Shown: in pieces, positions 30,894 through 41,315 of the stretch
Layout: every line of letters begins with the position of its first letter
Position numbering within the stretch: the stretch's first letter is position 1
Assembly (NCBI GenBank): GCA_964618805.1
Contig: CAZUBM010000008.1
Location: 1 to 64,000, forward strand
Origin: an uncultured Nitrososphaerota archaeon
GTDB taxonomy: Archaea; Korarchaeota; Korarchaeia; Korarchaeales; Korarchaeaceae
Direction: 5' to 3'
Length of the DNA stretch: 64,000 nucleotides
Notes under the pieces: model-generated
What the model saw: the letters and a program-made list of their open reading frames with translations, nothing else
Databases searched by the model: none
Told to the model about the DNA's origin: nothing
Made by a program: the position numbers and the translations under genes

Positions 30894-31010
30894 AAGAAAA
30901 AGTATAGATTTAGAATTTAAATGTTAAAATCAGACTAATCTAGGATATAAATGAGTCCAAGATGTTCTGGAAATCTATTTGATAGAGAGATGCCATAGTA
31001 ATTTAGGAGA

Positions 31011-32150
31011 GTGTACCAAATGTTAGAGAACATTAAAGATGCAGTTTTCTACTGTACTGAATGTAAAGTCTGTATGGATGTATGTTCTTTCTATCTTTCA
31101 AGCAAAGACGAAAAATTAGGTCCTTGGGGTAAAATTAAAGCAGCCCAATTAGTTTTAAACGAAGAGAAAAATATTAGTGAGATCGTTAAAGAGCTATATA
31201 CATGTACTTGTTGTGAAACTTGTGAACTAGTCTGTCCCATGAATATTCCTATTTCAGATGTTATTCGAAGCCTTAGAAGTCTTGCGGTTGAGGAAGGAAA
31301 AGTTCCGGAGCCCATTACAAATATTTGCAAAAACATTGTAAGTAGCGGATCGATGACTGGTGAAGGCCCAGAATACTGGAAGAAATGGATTCCTGACGGC
31401 ATTAAGTTTCCGGAAAAGGCCGAGTATGTTTACCTTGTTGGATGTATGGTTCCATTTAGACTACATGAAATAGGACACGCAACAGTAGATATTTTTAGTA
31501 AAGCTAATCTTGATTTTACGATTCTCGGCGAGCAAGAAAGATGCTGTGGACTTCTTCTTTTTGATCACGGATTTTTTGATAAGGCAAAAAAAGTAGCAGA
31601 AAGTAACATTGCAAAAATAGAGGAGAAAGGTATTGATAGGGTTGTGACGGCTTGCGCTGCATGTTATTACACATACAGGTATATATATCCACGTATATAT
31701 AGAAAACCAGATTTCGAGGTTCTACATGTTGTCGAGGTTTTATCAGACCTTATTGACCAAGAAAAAATTAAATTTAAGCGAATAGAGGAGAAATTTGTGT
31801 TTTTAGACCCTTGCCATTTCGCTAAGACATCGGAAAAATATGAGGAGCCTCGGAAAATCATTGAGAGTATTCCTGGAGTAGAGCTTTTAGAATTTTCAAA
31901 GAACAGGAATGAAGGTTACTGTTGTGGGGCCCCGGGTGGAATTAGACTATTATTTAGGGATGTATCGAATTCTGTGGCGATGATGATAATAAGAGAAGCA
32001 TTGGATCTTGGTGCTTCAAGAATTATAACGGCATGTCCACTGTGTATGTATCAACTTGCAAGCACGGTTAGAAAACGAGGAATAAAAAGCCTAAAGGTAA
32101 TGGACATACCCATGCTTCTTCACGAAGCATATAGATCATCGAACCTGTAG
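31011..32150 (+). CDS. (Fe-S)-binding CCG-domain oxidoreductase (HdrD/GlcF-like)
   Basis: CTECKVCMDVC and CTCCETCELVCP 4Fe-4S motifs; two CCG domains (ERCCG...TACAAC; DPCH...YCCGA...TACPLC). Confidence 0.88.
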   Translation: MYQMLENIKDAVFYCTECKVCMDVCSFYLSSKDEKLGPWGKIKAAQLVLNEEKNISEIVKELYTCTCCETCELVCPMNIPISDVIRSLRSLAVEEGKVPEPITNICKNIVSSGSMTGEGPEYWKKWIPDGIKFPEKAEYVYLVGCMVPFRLHEIGHATVDIFSKANLDFTILGEQERCCGLLLFDHGFFDKAKKVAESNIAKIEEKGIDRVVTACAACYYTYRYIYPRIYRKPDFEVLHVVEVLSDLIDQEKIKFKRIEEKFVFLDPCHFAKTSEKYEEPRKIIESIPGVELLEFSKNRNEGYCCGAPGGIRLLFRDVSNSVAMMIIREALDLGASRIITACPLCMYQLASTVRKRGIKSLKVMDIPMLLHEAYRSSNL

Positions 32151-32327
32151 GAACTATTTCTTTGAAAGAATTTGAAAAAGAGATGAACCTTTCATTGAGA
32201 CAAATGGGAATTACTGTGAACATCTAAGAATGCTACTATTCGCACAATTATAACTTATCAAAGAGGATCTAAAAAGCTTCAAAAGACGAAAATTCCACTA
32301 ACTACACTTTGACGCTACCTAAGTATT

Positions 32328-32516
32328 AAACAAAAAAGAGGGGAAGGATAGTTAGTTCTTTCTTTTCTTAAGTTCACGTTCTATGGCATTACTCAGCTCT
32401 TTAGCCAGCATGAAGGCGATTTCCCTTATTTCCTCCTTTATCTCTTCTTTTAAGGGGTTCTGGAGGGCTTGTTTTTCGGACGTTAAGTATCCCGGCAGGA
32501 CAATAGTTTTGTTATT
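32328..32516 (-). repeat. Dispersed repeat copy 2; partner at 7128-7293
   Basis: Minus strand encodes NNKTIVLPGYLTSEKQALQNPLKEEIKEEIREIAFMLAKELSNAIERELKKRKN* followed by CCTCTTTTTTGTTT. Confidence 0.85.
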
Positions 32517-32537
32517 AATTTCCTCGAAATCTTTTTA

Positions 32538-33875
32538 ATGGGTAGAAGGATGGAAAGCACTCTAATCAAAAATTTAGAGGCTATAGTTACACAAGATAGG
32601 AACAGAAGAGTTCTAAGGAAAGCGGATATTTTGATAGAAGGAAAACACATTACTAAAATTGGAAGGGATCTCTCCAACAACGCGGACAATGTAATAAATG
32701 GAAAGGGCATGGTAGCAATACCCGGCCTAATTAACACACATACTCACATTCCTATGAGCTTACTTCGCGGCGTTGCTGACGATATGGAACTTATGAAATG
32801 GCTTAACACGAAGATCTGGCCAATAGAGGCGAATCTAGATCCAGAAAGCGTGAAGTCAGGTGCCCTTTTGGGCATGCTAGAGGCGATTAGAACGGGGACG
32901 ACAACTTTAGTAGACATGTACTTCTTTGAGGATCAGGTAGCTAGGGCTGCTGTTGAAATAGGTATGAGAGCAGTTTTAGCCTCATCATACATGGATTTTG
33001 GGACTCCCCAAGCAAGGGACAGAGAGAAGGCCTTTAGAATAGCCAAAGACTTTGTTAAAGAGTGGAAAAGCAAAGAGGAACTTGTTATACCGTCTCTTGG
33101 TCCTCATGCACCATACACTTGCTCTCCTGATCTTTTGCAAGAAAGTGTAGAATTTGCCTTAGAAAATGATTGCTTGATACAAATACACCTAGCGGAAGAC
33201 TACTCCGAAGTCGAACAGATAAAGAAAAAGTATGGAAAGACTCCCGTGAGACATGTGATGGATCTAGGGCTCTTTGAAGCCAAAGTCATAGCTGCGCATG
33301 TAGTATGGCCGGATGAGGATGAAATTGGCCTTTTAGCTCGTAAAAACTTGTTAGTATCACACAATCCTATTAGTAACTTGAAGGTAGCTGCCGGAATCTC
33401 TCCAGTTCCAGAAATGCTATCCAAAGGCGTCTCAGTTGCTCTAGGAACTGATGGACCAGCTAGCAATAACACAGTGGACATGTTTGAGACCATGAAAGTA
33501 GCTGCTCTCATACATAAATGTGCGAAAAGAGATCCAACGGTTATGAGGGCACAACAAGTTCTAGATATGGCTACGATCATTCCGGCAGAAAAATTGGGTT
33601 TAAACACAGGATCCATAGAAGAAGGCAAACTTGCTGATATCGTTGTGCTAGATACCGAATTACCGTGGTGGACTCCACTTCACTCCGTCTTGTCACACCT
33701 AATTTATGCTGCCAGATCTACGGATGTAAATACCGTCATAATTAATGGGAGGATTGTACTGAGAGAAAAGAAATTAACAACATTAAAGGAGGAGGAGATT
33801 AGGAAAAGAGCCTTAGAAATTTCAAAGTCTCTTTTAGAAAAATCAGGTGTCTCATCAGAGGTAACAGAACAATAG
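32538..33875 (+). CDS. mtaD: Amidohydrolase, 5'-methylthioadenosine/S-adenosylhomocysteine deaminase-like
   Basis: PGLINTHTH, GPHAPYT, IHLAE, AAHVV, HNPISNLK, LGTDGPASNN, GKLAD. Confidence 0.8.
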   Translation: MGRRMESTLIKNLEAIVTQDRNRRVLRKADILIEGKHITKIGRDLSNNADNVINGKGMVAIPGLINTHTHIPMSLLRGVADDMELMKWLNTKIWPIEANLDPESVKSGALLGMLEAIRTGTTTLVDMYFFEDQVARAAVEIGMRAVLASSYMDFGTPQARDREKAFRIAKDFVKEWKSKEELVIPSLGPHAPYTCSPDLLQESVEFALENDCLIQIHLAEDYSEVEQIKKKYGKTPVRHVMDLGLFEAKVIAAHVVWPDEDEIGLLARKNLLVSHNPISNLKVAAGISPVPEMLSKGVSVALGTDGPASNNTVDMFETMKVAALIHKCAKRDPTVMRAQQVLDMATIIPAEKLGLNTGSIEEGKLADIVVLDTELPWWTPLHSVLSHLIYAARSTDVNTVIINGRIVLREKKLTTLKEEEIRKRALEISKSLLEKSGVSSEVTEQ

Positions 33876-33892
33876 TTGACCATTTCATGAAT

Positions 33893-34471
33893 CTAAGAAA
33901 ATTCAGCAAGCATTTCAGCATAGCTTTTCCTAATAACTGAGTTAGAGACGCCAAGAATATCAACCAATAGGTCTGAGCCTTCTCCTTCGATTTCAACGAA
34001 TTCTCCAAGTCTTCTAACCTTATCTAAATAGACCTTACAATTCCACCCCTCTAATCTCAGTGGAGTTCTTTCTTTAACTACTTCTACAACAACTTTCATT
34101 CCATTTCGGGAAAGCAGATCAACTATTTCTTTAAACGTGCAAGGTAGCTTTGAAACACTAATGCCCACACATTTCAAGACATCTACAGCCTTTTCAGATC
34201 TAATACTTCCCTCTATCTCGATTCTTTTTTTAGAATGCCTTAAGAACTCCCTTTTTCCTTTGAAGGTTAGCCTTATATCGTCATTCTCCATTCTTATCCT
34301 GAAAAGCCTATCATCTCTTAGTAATCTTAGATCAGGGAAATCAAAGATAAGATCTCTTTGAAGTATTGGCCTAAGAACATTAAACTTTATCCCATGCTTC
34401 TTTAGTAAATCTAAAAATGTGACATGCCTTACCTCCAACTTAACCTCTTGTTCAATGAGCTGATCATTCAA
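33893..34471 (-). CDS. CYTH-domain protein (class IV adenylate cyclase-like)
   Basis: EQEVK (ExExK), FRIR, LTFKG, VVKER, LDKVRRLGEFVEIE. Confidence 0.85.
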   Translation of the reverse strand: MNDQLIEQEVKLEVRHVTFLDLLKKHGIKFNVLRPILQRDLIFDFPDLRLLRDDRLFRIRMENDDIRLTFKGKREFLRHSKKRIEIEGSIRSEKAVDVLKCVGISVSKLPCTFKEIVDLLSRNGMKVVVEVVKERTPLRLEGWNCKVYLDKVRRLGEFVEIEGEGSDLLVDILGVSNSVIRKSYAEMLAEFS

Positions 34472-34655
34472 CCTTCAACATCTCACCCTAATTTCAAAGA
34501 TAACGTTTGCATGTATCCTAGTTTGAAGCAATCTAATAATTGATACTAATTATTTCTCTTAGCTTGGCGTGGCTTTACAAGATATCTCTCGTAAAGTTTA
34601 ATCTTTTAGAGATAAGGAGGCAATACTTCCTAAAAAGAAAGAAAATGACGAAAAA

Positions 34656-34743
34656 TGGTGCGGGGGGTGGGATTCGAACCCACGAACCCCTATGGGAGCG
34701 GATCTTAAGTCCGCCGCCTTTGACCTGGCTCGGCCACCCCCGC
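34656..34743 (-). tRNA. tRNA-Leu(UAA), encoded CCA
   Basis: GCGGGGG acceptor stem, GCGGA/TCCGC anticodon stem with loop CTTAAGA, long variable arm, GGTTCGAATCC T-arm, ACCA end. Confidence 0.95.
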
Positions 34744-34815
34744 GCGCCATTAATAAGGGTATCAGCTTAGTGTTTTAATATTTTTTACTATCATCCGGAC
34801 GGATGAGGTAGCGCG

Positions 34816-35160
34816 ATGATGAGTGAGACATACGAACCTTCACAACCCTTGTTGTTGACGGATGATGAGCTATTAGCTTCAGCTTTTGAGGCAATTGGCA
34901 TAAAATCTTACATTGTGAGGGATAAAAACGAGGTCTTACGCATTTTGAGGCGAGAGGAAGATGAGCTCCCTGACATAGTATTTATGAACGAATCAGTTGC
35001 GGAGATGATATCTGATTACAGAGAGAGAATTCTCCGAAGGAGAATTTTCAAGCCAATATTTGCGGTAATACCAGATTTAAAGAAACCGAGAGGCCTGAGG
35101 TTAAGGGAGCTTCGTGATTTGATAGAGAAGTCTCTCGGTTTCAAGGGATTAAAAGTTTAG
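34816..35160 (+). CDS. atpF: A/V-type ATP synthase subunit F
   Basis: Size, AFEAIGI, IFAVIPD, LIEKSLG; first gene of the ATP synthase cluster. Confidence 0.75.
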   Translation: MMSETYEPSQPLLLTDDELLASAFEAIGIKSYIVRDKNEVLRILRREEDELPDIVFMNESVAEMISDYRERILRRRIFKPIFAVIPDLKKPRGLRLRELRDLIEKSLGFKGLKV

Positions 35161-35173
35161 ATGGGGGAATGTT

Positions 35174-35488
35174 ATGCCAAGATTAGTCGAACTGATTGTA
35201 GAGGCAGACAAGAAGTCTAGAGAGATTTTGGAGAATGCTAGAAAACAGGCAAAGGAAATAGTGGAGGATGCAAAGAAGAGGGCAAAGGAAATAGTGGAGG
35301 ATGCTGAGAGATCTGCTGAAACCATAGTACTGGGCACTAACATAGACGAGATCGTGGAGAAAGAGGTAGAAAAGATAACCAAGGAAATGACAGGAAAGCT
35401 AACAGAGATGGAGGAGCTTGCAAAGAAGAATATAGAAAGGGCAGTTGAAATCGTTTTGAGGGGGGTAGTTCTAGGTGAAGAAGGCTGA
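35174..35488 (+). CDS. A/V-type ATP synthase subunit H/G (peripheral stalk)
   Basis: AKEIVEDA coiled-coil repeats, NIERAVEIV C-terminus, operon position. Confidence 0.75.
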   Translation: MPRLVELIVEADKKSREILENARKQAKEIVEDAKKRAKEIVEDAERSAETIVLGTNIDEIVEKEVEKITKEMTGKLTEMEELAKKNIERAVEIVLRGVVLGEEG

Positions 35489-36131
35489 GGTCGAAGCGAT
35501 AGAGAGAAAGGAACTTGAAGAGATGATAGAGTCAATCTTAGAGGTATCGAAGCGAAAAGCAGATGAGATAATCTCTCAGGCGAAGGAAGAAGCTGAAAGG
35601 ATAATTAAGGAAGCTGAAAGAAGGGCTAACAGGATAATAGAGGCAAAGAAGAAGGAGATAGACAGAAAGGTTAAGGATGAGATAGCAAAAAAGAGCAGCG
35701 CGGTAGAGATAAAGATAAAGAGGGAAATCTTCACTATGCAGAAAAGATATCTTGACCTTCTTTTCGAAAAAGTAAGGGAGCAGCTTGCACTTATAGCTGA
35801 AAACAAGCTACCAAGGTGGAATTATGAGGAGATTCTGATGAGATACGCTAGAGAGGCGGCTGAATCACTTGGGACGAACAAATTGTATATCTGGGGGAAG
35901 GAAAAGGACTTACCGGTTCTGAGAAAGGTGGCTGAGAGGCTGAGCAAGGAGATGAATGTGGACATGCAGGTGGATGTGACAAAGCAGGCCTTCATAATAG
36001 GCGGCGTAATAGCGAGGGATGAAGGTGACACAAGGAGGTTTTACAACACATTTGATGGAAGGCTCGTGGATTATAGGGAAAGAAACGAGCCAAAGCTTAT
36101 AGATCTGCTTTTTGGAGGGAGTGATGAATGA
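35475..36131 (+). CDS. atpE: A/V-type ATP synthase subunit E
   Basis: N-terminal coiled coil, IIGGVIA...YNTFDGRL. Confidence 0.85.
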   Translation: MKKAEVEAIERKELEEMIESILEVSKRKADEIISQAKEEAERIIKEAERRANRIIEAKKKEIDRKVKDEIAKKSSAVEIKIKREIFTMQKRYLDLLFEKVREQLALIAENKLPRWNYEEILMRYAREAAESLGTNKLYIWGKEKDLPVLRKVAERLSKEMNVDMQVDVTKQAFIIGGVIARDEGDTRRFYNTFDGRLVDYRERNEPKLIDLLFGGSDE

Positions 36132-37909
36132 GTAACGAGGAGTTAGGTGTCGGGGTTATCAGGCACATTAAGGGTTCCGTCGTTATAGCTGATAACATGA
36201 GGGGGGCCAGGGTAAGAGAGGTCGTCTTGGTGGGAGAGGAGGAGCTAACTGGGGAGATCGTCAGGATAGAGGGAGATACAGCAGTTATCCAGATCTACGA
36301 GACAACGACAGGGATGTCCCCTGGAGAGCCTGTTAAGAGGACTGGTGAGCCCCTTAGCGTTGAGCTAGGCCCCGGACTCTTAGGTCAGGTTCTAGATGGT
36401 CTTGGAAGGCCTTTAGAGAAGATTGCAGAGATGACAGGCTCCTTCATAGAGAGGGGTATAAGGCTTCCGACCCTTCCAAGAGACAGAAAGTGGGAGTTTA
36501 AGCCCCTTGTTAAGAAGGGAGATAGGCTTGAACCTGGAAGCGTCATTGGAGAGGTGCCTGAGGGAGCTATAACCCACAGGATAATGGTTCCTCCCAACTT
36601 GAGGAGGGTAGAGGTCGTTGATGTGGTTCCCGAGGGAACCTACCAGATTGAAGACGTTATCGCCACCCTAAGGGAGGATTCAAGGGAAATAGAACTTAAG
36701 ATGTACCATAAGTGGCCAGTTAGAGTTCCAAGGCCATTTAAGGAATACTTAGGAGCAACCGAGCTGCTGGTAACCGGACAGAGGGTTATCGACACGTTCT
36801 TCCCGATCTCGAAAGGAGGAACTGCAGCCATTCCGGGAGGATTTGGAACGGGTAAGACCGTGACGCTTCACCAGATTTCTAAGTGGGCAGATGCAGATGT
36901 AGTGGTGTATGTGGGGTGCGGGGAGAGAGGGAACGAGATGACAGACCTCCTTCTCCACTTCCCCAAGCTTGTAGATCCTAGAACTGGAGCTCCTCTCATG
37001 AGGAGGAGCATACTAATTGCAAACACTAGCAACATGCCTGTGCCAGCTAGGGAGGCCAGCATCTTCGTCGGCATTACATATGCCGAGTACTACAGGGACA
37101 TGGGCTATCACGTCGTTTTGACAGCAGATTCCACATCTCGTTGGGCGGAAGCTCTGAGAGAGCTCAGCTCTAGGCTGGAGGAGATCCCATCTGAGAGAGG
37201 ATATCCAGCATACCTACCTGACTTTATAGCTGCCTTCTACGAAAGAGGCGGCAAGGTAAGGACGCTAGGAAAGGATGGAAGGATGGGATCAGTAAGCATA
37301 ATTGGAGCAGTAAGCCCTTCGGGAGGAGATCTAAACGAGCCAGTAACTCAGCACACCATTAGGTATGTGGGAACCTTCTGGGCTCTCGATACAACTCTCG
37401 CATTCAAAAGGCACTTTCCAGCAATAAACTGGCTTCAGAGCTTCTCAAAGTACGTGGATAACGTTAGGGAGTGGTGGATAAGGCAAGTGGAGATGGACAT
37501 GTATGCACCAAGAGAGGAAGCCATGACCATACTTCAAGAATCCTCCCGCCTCGAAGAGATAGCTAGTGTTGTCGGGGAAAGTGCCCTCTCCGACGAGAAC
37601 AGACTGATCATTTTGGTAGGAGAACTGATAAGGGAAGGTTTCTTGGTGCAGAATGCTTATCATGAAGTGGATACTTACTGCTCTCCGCGAAAGCAGGTCC
37701 TAATCTTGAAGACACTCCTAGAATTCTACAAGAAAGTTAAGCCCCTCGTAGACGCTGGCGTTCCATTTACAGAGATAGAAAAAATGGAAGTCATCGGAGA
37801 TCTTGGAAGGCTAAAGTTTCTGAAGGAAGATAGGGTGGAAGAAGCCATAAAGAACATAATGGAGAAGCTTGAGAAGGAGATTTCGCTCGTGAAAAGGGTG
37901 GTGATATAA
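36128..37909 (+). CDS. atpA: A/V-type ATP synthase subunit A
   Basis: [15 protein letters not shown]-loop, [35 protein letters not shown]; no intein. Confidence 0.96.
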   Translation: MSNEELGVGVIRHIKGSVVIADNMRGARVREVVLVGEEELTGEIVRIEGDTAVIQIYETTTGMSPGEPVKRTGEPLSVELGPGLLGQVLDGLGRPLEKIAEMTGSFIERGIRLPTLPRDRKWEFKPLVKKGDRLEPGSVIGEVPEGAITHRIMVPPNLRRVEVVDVVPEGTYQIEDVIATLREDSREIELKMYHKWPVRVPRPFKEYLGATELLVTGQRVIDTFFPISKGGTAAIPGGFGTGKTVTLHQISKWADADVVVYVGCGERGNEMTDLLLHFPKLVDPRTGAPLMRRSILIANTSNMPVPAREASIFVGITYAEYYRDMGYHVVLTADSTSRWAEALRELSSRLEEIPSERGYPAYLPDFIAAFYERGGKVRTLGKDGRMGSVSIIGAVSPSGGDLNEPVTQHTIRYVGTFWALDTTLAFKRHFPAINWLQSFSKYVDNVREWWIRQVEMDMYAPREEAMTILQESSRLEEIASVVGESALSDENRLIILVGELIREGFLVQNAYHEVDTYCSPRKQVLILKTLLEFYKKVKPLVDAGVPFTEIEKMEVIGDLGRLKFLKEDRVEEAIKNIMEKLEKEISLVKRVVI

Positions 37910-39297
37910 TGAGTATCAGCGGACTAACGTATAGGGGTATCGATCAGGTAAAGGGTCCCCTCATCATCATGAGAGGGGTGCCTGACGCTAAGTACGGTGA
38001 AGTAGTCAAGATCTTCACCGAAGAGGGCAGGGAATGGACTGGACAGGTTCTAGAAGCTGGAAAGGACATGGTGATAATCCAAGTACTGGGAGATCCAGAA
38101 GGAATTGAAAGCGACGCCATGATAAAGTTCACAGGAACGACCCTCAAACTCCCGGTTTCCAGCGATATGATAGGTAGGATGTTCAATGGCGCCGGTAAGC
38201 CAATAGACGGGGGTCCTTCCATTAGACCCGAGGACTATAGGGAAATAGATGGAAAGCCAATAAACCCTGTTAGCAGGGACTATCCGGACGAGTTCGTAGA
38301 AACGGGGATATCCGCTATAGACGGAATGCTAAGCCTTGTCAGAGGACAGAAGCTTCCAATCTTCTCAATATCGGGTCTTCCTCACAATGAACTGGCTGCT
38401 CAGATAGCACGACAAGCGTTCGTTCCAGGAAAGGAGGAGAGGTTTTCCATAGTTTTCGCCGCCATAGGCTTGAAGACAGAGGAAGTAAGGTTCTTCATGG
38501 AGCAGTTCGAGGCACTAGGGGCTTTGAGCAGGTCGGTCATGTTTCTCAACCTTGCAGACGACCCTGTTATTGAGAGGCTTACTACGCCTAGAGTTGCCTT
38601 GACAGCTGCTGAATACCTTGCTTTCGACTTAGGTATGGACGTCCTCGTCATAATGACCGACATGACCAACTACTGCGAGGCTTTAAGGGAAATCAGTGCT
38701 GCTAGGGAAGAAGTTCCAAGCAGGAAGGGCTACCCTGGGTACATGTATAGCGATCTAGCATCCCTCTATGAGAGAGCTGGTAGAATAAAGGGGAGGATTG
38801 GATCCATCACCCTAATGCCAATACTGACGATGCCTGGAGGGGACTTCACCCATCCGATCCCAGACCTCACCGGATACATCACAGAGGGACAGATCTTCCT
38901 GAGCACCACTCTCTACAACAGGGGGATATATCCGCCCATAGACGTTCTTCCGAGCCTTAGCAGGCTCATGAAGGATGGAATAGGTGAAGGTAAGACCAGA
39001 AAAGATCATAAGGCTGTTTCAGACCAGCTTTATGCTACATATTCGATGGGAACTAGGGCTAGGGAGCTTGCCAGTATCATAGGAGAGGCAGGATTGAGCG
39101 AGAGGGAGAAAAGGTACTATGAGTTTGCAACGAAATTTGAGGAGAAGTTCGTAAAGCAAGGGTTTGAAGAGAGGAGAACCATCGAAGAGACCTTAGATAT
39201 AGCGTGGGAACTCTTGTCGATGATTCCCGAGAGGGAGCTTACCAGGATAAGCGAGGAAGTGATGAGGGAGTACCATCCGAAGTACAGGGCTGGGTGA
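37909..39297 (+). CDS. atpB: A/V-type ATP synthase subunit B
   Basis: [56 protein letters not shown]. Confidence 0.96.
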   Translation: MSISGLTYRGIDQVKGPLIIMRGVPDAKYGEVVKIFTEEGREWTGQVLEAGKDMVIIQVLGDPEGIESDAMIKFTGTTLKLPVSSDMIGRMFNGAGKPIDGGPSIRPEDYREIDGKPINPVSRDYPDEFVETGISAIDGMLSLVRGQKLPIFSISGLPHNELAAQIARQAFVPGKEERFSIVFAAIGLKTEEVRFFMEQFEALGALSRSVMFLNLADDPVIERLTTPRVALTAAEYLAFDLGMDVLVIMTDMTNYCEALREISAAREEVPSRKGYPGYMYSDLASLYERAGRIKGRIGSITLMPILTMPGGDFTHPIPDLTGYITEGQIFLSTTLYNRGIYPPIDVLPSLSRLMKDGIGEGKTRKDHKAVSDQLYATYSMGTRARELASIIGEAGLSEREKRYYEFATKFEEKFVKQGFEERRTIEETLDIAWELLSMIPERELTRISEEVMREYHPKYRAG

Positions 39298-39302
39298 ACT
39301 GA

Positions 39303-39920
39303 GTGGCCTTTAGAGCCGTAGGAAGGGTAGCTCCTACGAAGGGCTTTCTAATAAAACTTAGGAGAAGGGTCGAATTCTTCAAAATGGGAGCAGAAACCCT
39401 TGAAATGAAGAGAGATAAACTGATAAAAGAGCTCTCAGCGCTTCAAGGAAGATTGATTGAGAGGAAAGAGTTAGACAAAGAGATTATGGAGATCTACGAG
39501 ACGTTAAAGGTGGCTTATGCGATTGCTGGAGTTGAAGAGATGAGGAAGGCTGCACTATTAAGTCAGCCCTTCCTAGTTAAAGTCAAAACAACTAGCCTCA
39601 TGGGAGTAGAGATACCAGAAGCTCAAATCGTTCAAAAGGGCTTCAAACCATCACCTTCCATACAAGCACCTCTGATTTCAGCTCTGGATGGACTTCAACG
39701 AATGATGGATAGATTGATAGATGTCGTTATGCTGGAAGCAGCCCTTGAGAGACTTGCCATTGAGGTCGCAGATACTATGAGGAGAGTTAACACGCTGAGA
39801 AAGGTGATTATACCAGAACATGAGAGAGCGATCAAGTACATAGAAGAGAGATTGGAAGAGGAAAGCTTGGAGGATTTCCTTAGGATTAAGAAGTATAGAA
39901 TGTTGAAGAGAGGCGTATAA
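39303..39920 (+). CDS. atpD: A/V-type ATP synthase subunit D
   Basis: PTKGFL, LEMKRD, MGVEIP, TMRRVNTL, LEEES. Confidence 0.9.
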   Translation: MAFRAVGRVAPTKGFLIKLRRRVEFFKMGAETLEMKRDKLIKELSALQGRLIERKELDKEIMEIYETLKVAYAIAGVEEMRKAALLSQPFLVKVKTTSLMGVEIPEAQIVQKGFKPSPSIQAPLISALDGLQRMMDRLIDVVMLEAALERLAIEVADTMRRVNTLRKVIIPEHERAIKYIEERLEEESLEDFLRIKKYRMLKRGV

Positions 39921-39922
39921 GA

Positions 39923-40945
39923 ATGTTTAGCGGGAAGAGGCTATACTCTGTGATAAGAAGCCATGGGTTGGCTCTCCACCTCTTATCGTACAAAGATCTC
40001 CTCTCATTTATTGATACCGAGGATCTTGATCAATTGCTCGACAAGCTCAGAAACACCGAGTACAGAAAATTCTTCAGGACGAGAGATGACCTCCTCGACA
40101 ACAGGGAAATTGAAGCCCGCATAAACAGGCTAATGTATGAGAGAATTTCTTACATCCTCTCCCTTCTTGATGAGAAAATGGCGGGAATTATGCGTGCATA
40201 CCTTTCAAAATATGATATAGAGAGGTTAAGAAGAACGATTTACGCCAAAAGATTCAAGCAAGAAGTGCCCATAGAAGTTTTTCCTGCCGAATTCCTCCCA
40301 GGAGTATATCAGTTGATCGAAATGAAAAGAAAACCTCCCTCGAAAGAAGTAGAACCCATACTTAGAGCGCTGGAAGAATGGAGAGAGAGCGGAGAGGAAG
40401 ATATTACTCTGTTAGATATGTTGCTAGAGAGATCTTACGCAGAATTACTTACAAAGAAGCTTAAAACTAGTCTCTTTGAGAAAAAGATAAGAGAACTTCT
40501 TCGTAAATATGTAGATGGGAGGCTAGTAGTTGTTTGTTTGAGAGCCATTTATTGTGATAGGGCCGATAGAATCCAAGTATTGCAAGGAACCATGGATCAA
40601 GAAGCTTATGAAATTCTATCGGCGGCGAAGAGTTTTGAGGAGGCACTGAAGAAAATTTCGACCTTAAACAGATATTCTGCGATAGCAAAGAGGATACTTA
40701 GTGTTCATAAGGAGATCGAGGAGCCTCTCTTATGGGAATTCATACTGTTCAGTGATTTGCTTGAAAGGGCATGCCTAATTGCAAGAAGAAACTTTGTAGG
40801 TGTGTCATATACAATTTGGTACATCCTTAGAACAGAATGGGAGTCACAAGCCGTTAGATTAGTAGTTATAGGTAAGAAAGAGGGGGTTTCGTCTGAAACT
40901 CTCCGAAGGATAGTTGGAATAGCTTCATATCTTTCCAAGTATTAG
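39923..40945 (+). CDS. atpC: A/V-type ATP synthase subunit C (divergent)
   Basis: LRNTEY, KYDIERL, EWESQAVRLVVIGK pattern; size and operon position. Confidence 0.7.
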   Translation: MFSGKRLYSVIRSHGLALHLLSYKDLLSFIDTEDLDQLLDKLRNTEYRKFFRTRDDLLDNREIEARINRLMYERISYILSLLDEKMAGIMRAYLSKYDIERLRRTIYAKRFKQEVPIEVFPAEFLPGVYQLIEMKRKPPSKEVEPILRALEEWRESGEEDITLLDMLLERSYAELLTKKLKTSLFEKKIRELLRKYVDGRLVVVCLRAIYCDRADRIQVLQGTMDQEAYEILSAAKSFEEALKKISTLNRYSAIAKRILSVHKEIEEPLLWEFILFSDLLERACLIARRNFVGVSYTIWYILRTEWESQAVRLVVIGKKEGVSSETLRRIVGIASYLSKY

Positions 40946-41263
40946 AATGGCCACTAGCAAGCCGTATATGGCGACGCCCTCAGCAAGACCTCCGAGAAGT
41001 AGAACGGCGCCGAACTGTTCAGGTCTTTCTGTAAGGAGGGCAGTCCCGCCTATTGCGACGGCACGAAGTGCCCAAGCTGCATTAAATGTGCTTGCTGCGA
41101 CAGCTACACCGGCACCAATAAATGCCCATTTCCTAGCTTCTTCATCCATGGCCTCCACTTCCTCTGCTGCCGCCACAGCCATTACGTGCCCTGCTATGAA
41201 TATAATGACCAACGGGACTAGGATAAGGGAGTAAAGCAAGATCTTTCTCGTTGACGCAGACAT
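40925..41263 (-). CDS. atpK: A/V-type ATP synthase proteolipid subunit K (c)
   Basis: N-terminal hydrophobic leader, ERPEQFG loop, GLAEGVAIYGLLVAILI with the essential Glu; start placed at ATG 41263. Confidence 0.9.
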   Translation of the reverse strand: MSASTRKILLYSLILVPLVIIFIAGHVMAVAAAEEVEAMDEEARKWAFIGAGVAVAASTFNAAWALRAVAIGGTALLTERPEQFGAVLLLGGLAEGVAIYGLLVAILILGKI

Positions 41264-41315
41264 ATGAATCTCCCCTTCCCCCCTACACGGATTTATTAAA
41301 ATATTTTCCAAACAC

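Noticed and set aside
34540-34770. ORFs 34540-34770 and 54261-54473
   Set aside because: Antisense shadows of the two tRNA genes.
35248-35304. 24-bp direct repeat (ggcaaaggaaatagtggaggatgc) at a 33-nt period, CRISPR-like at first glance
   Set aside because: Two copies only, in frame inside the stalk subunit, encoding the 11-residue coiled-coil repeat.
36128-37909. Intein in ATP synthase subunit A (a common intein site)
   Set aside because: GCGERGNE and the P-loop are contiguous, and the length (593 aa) is normal.
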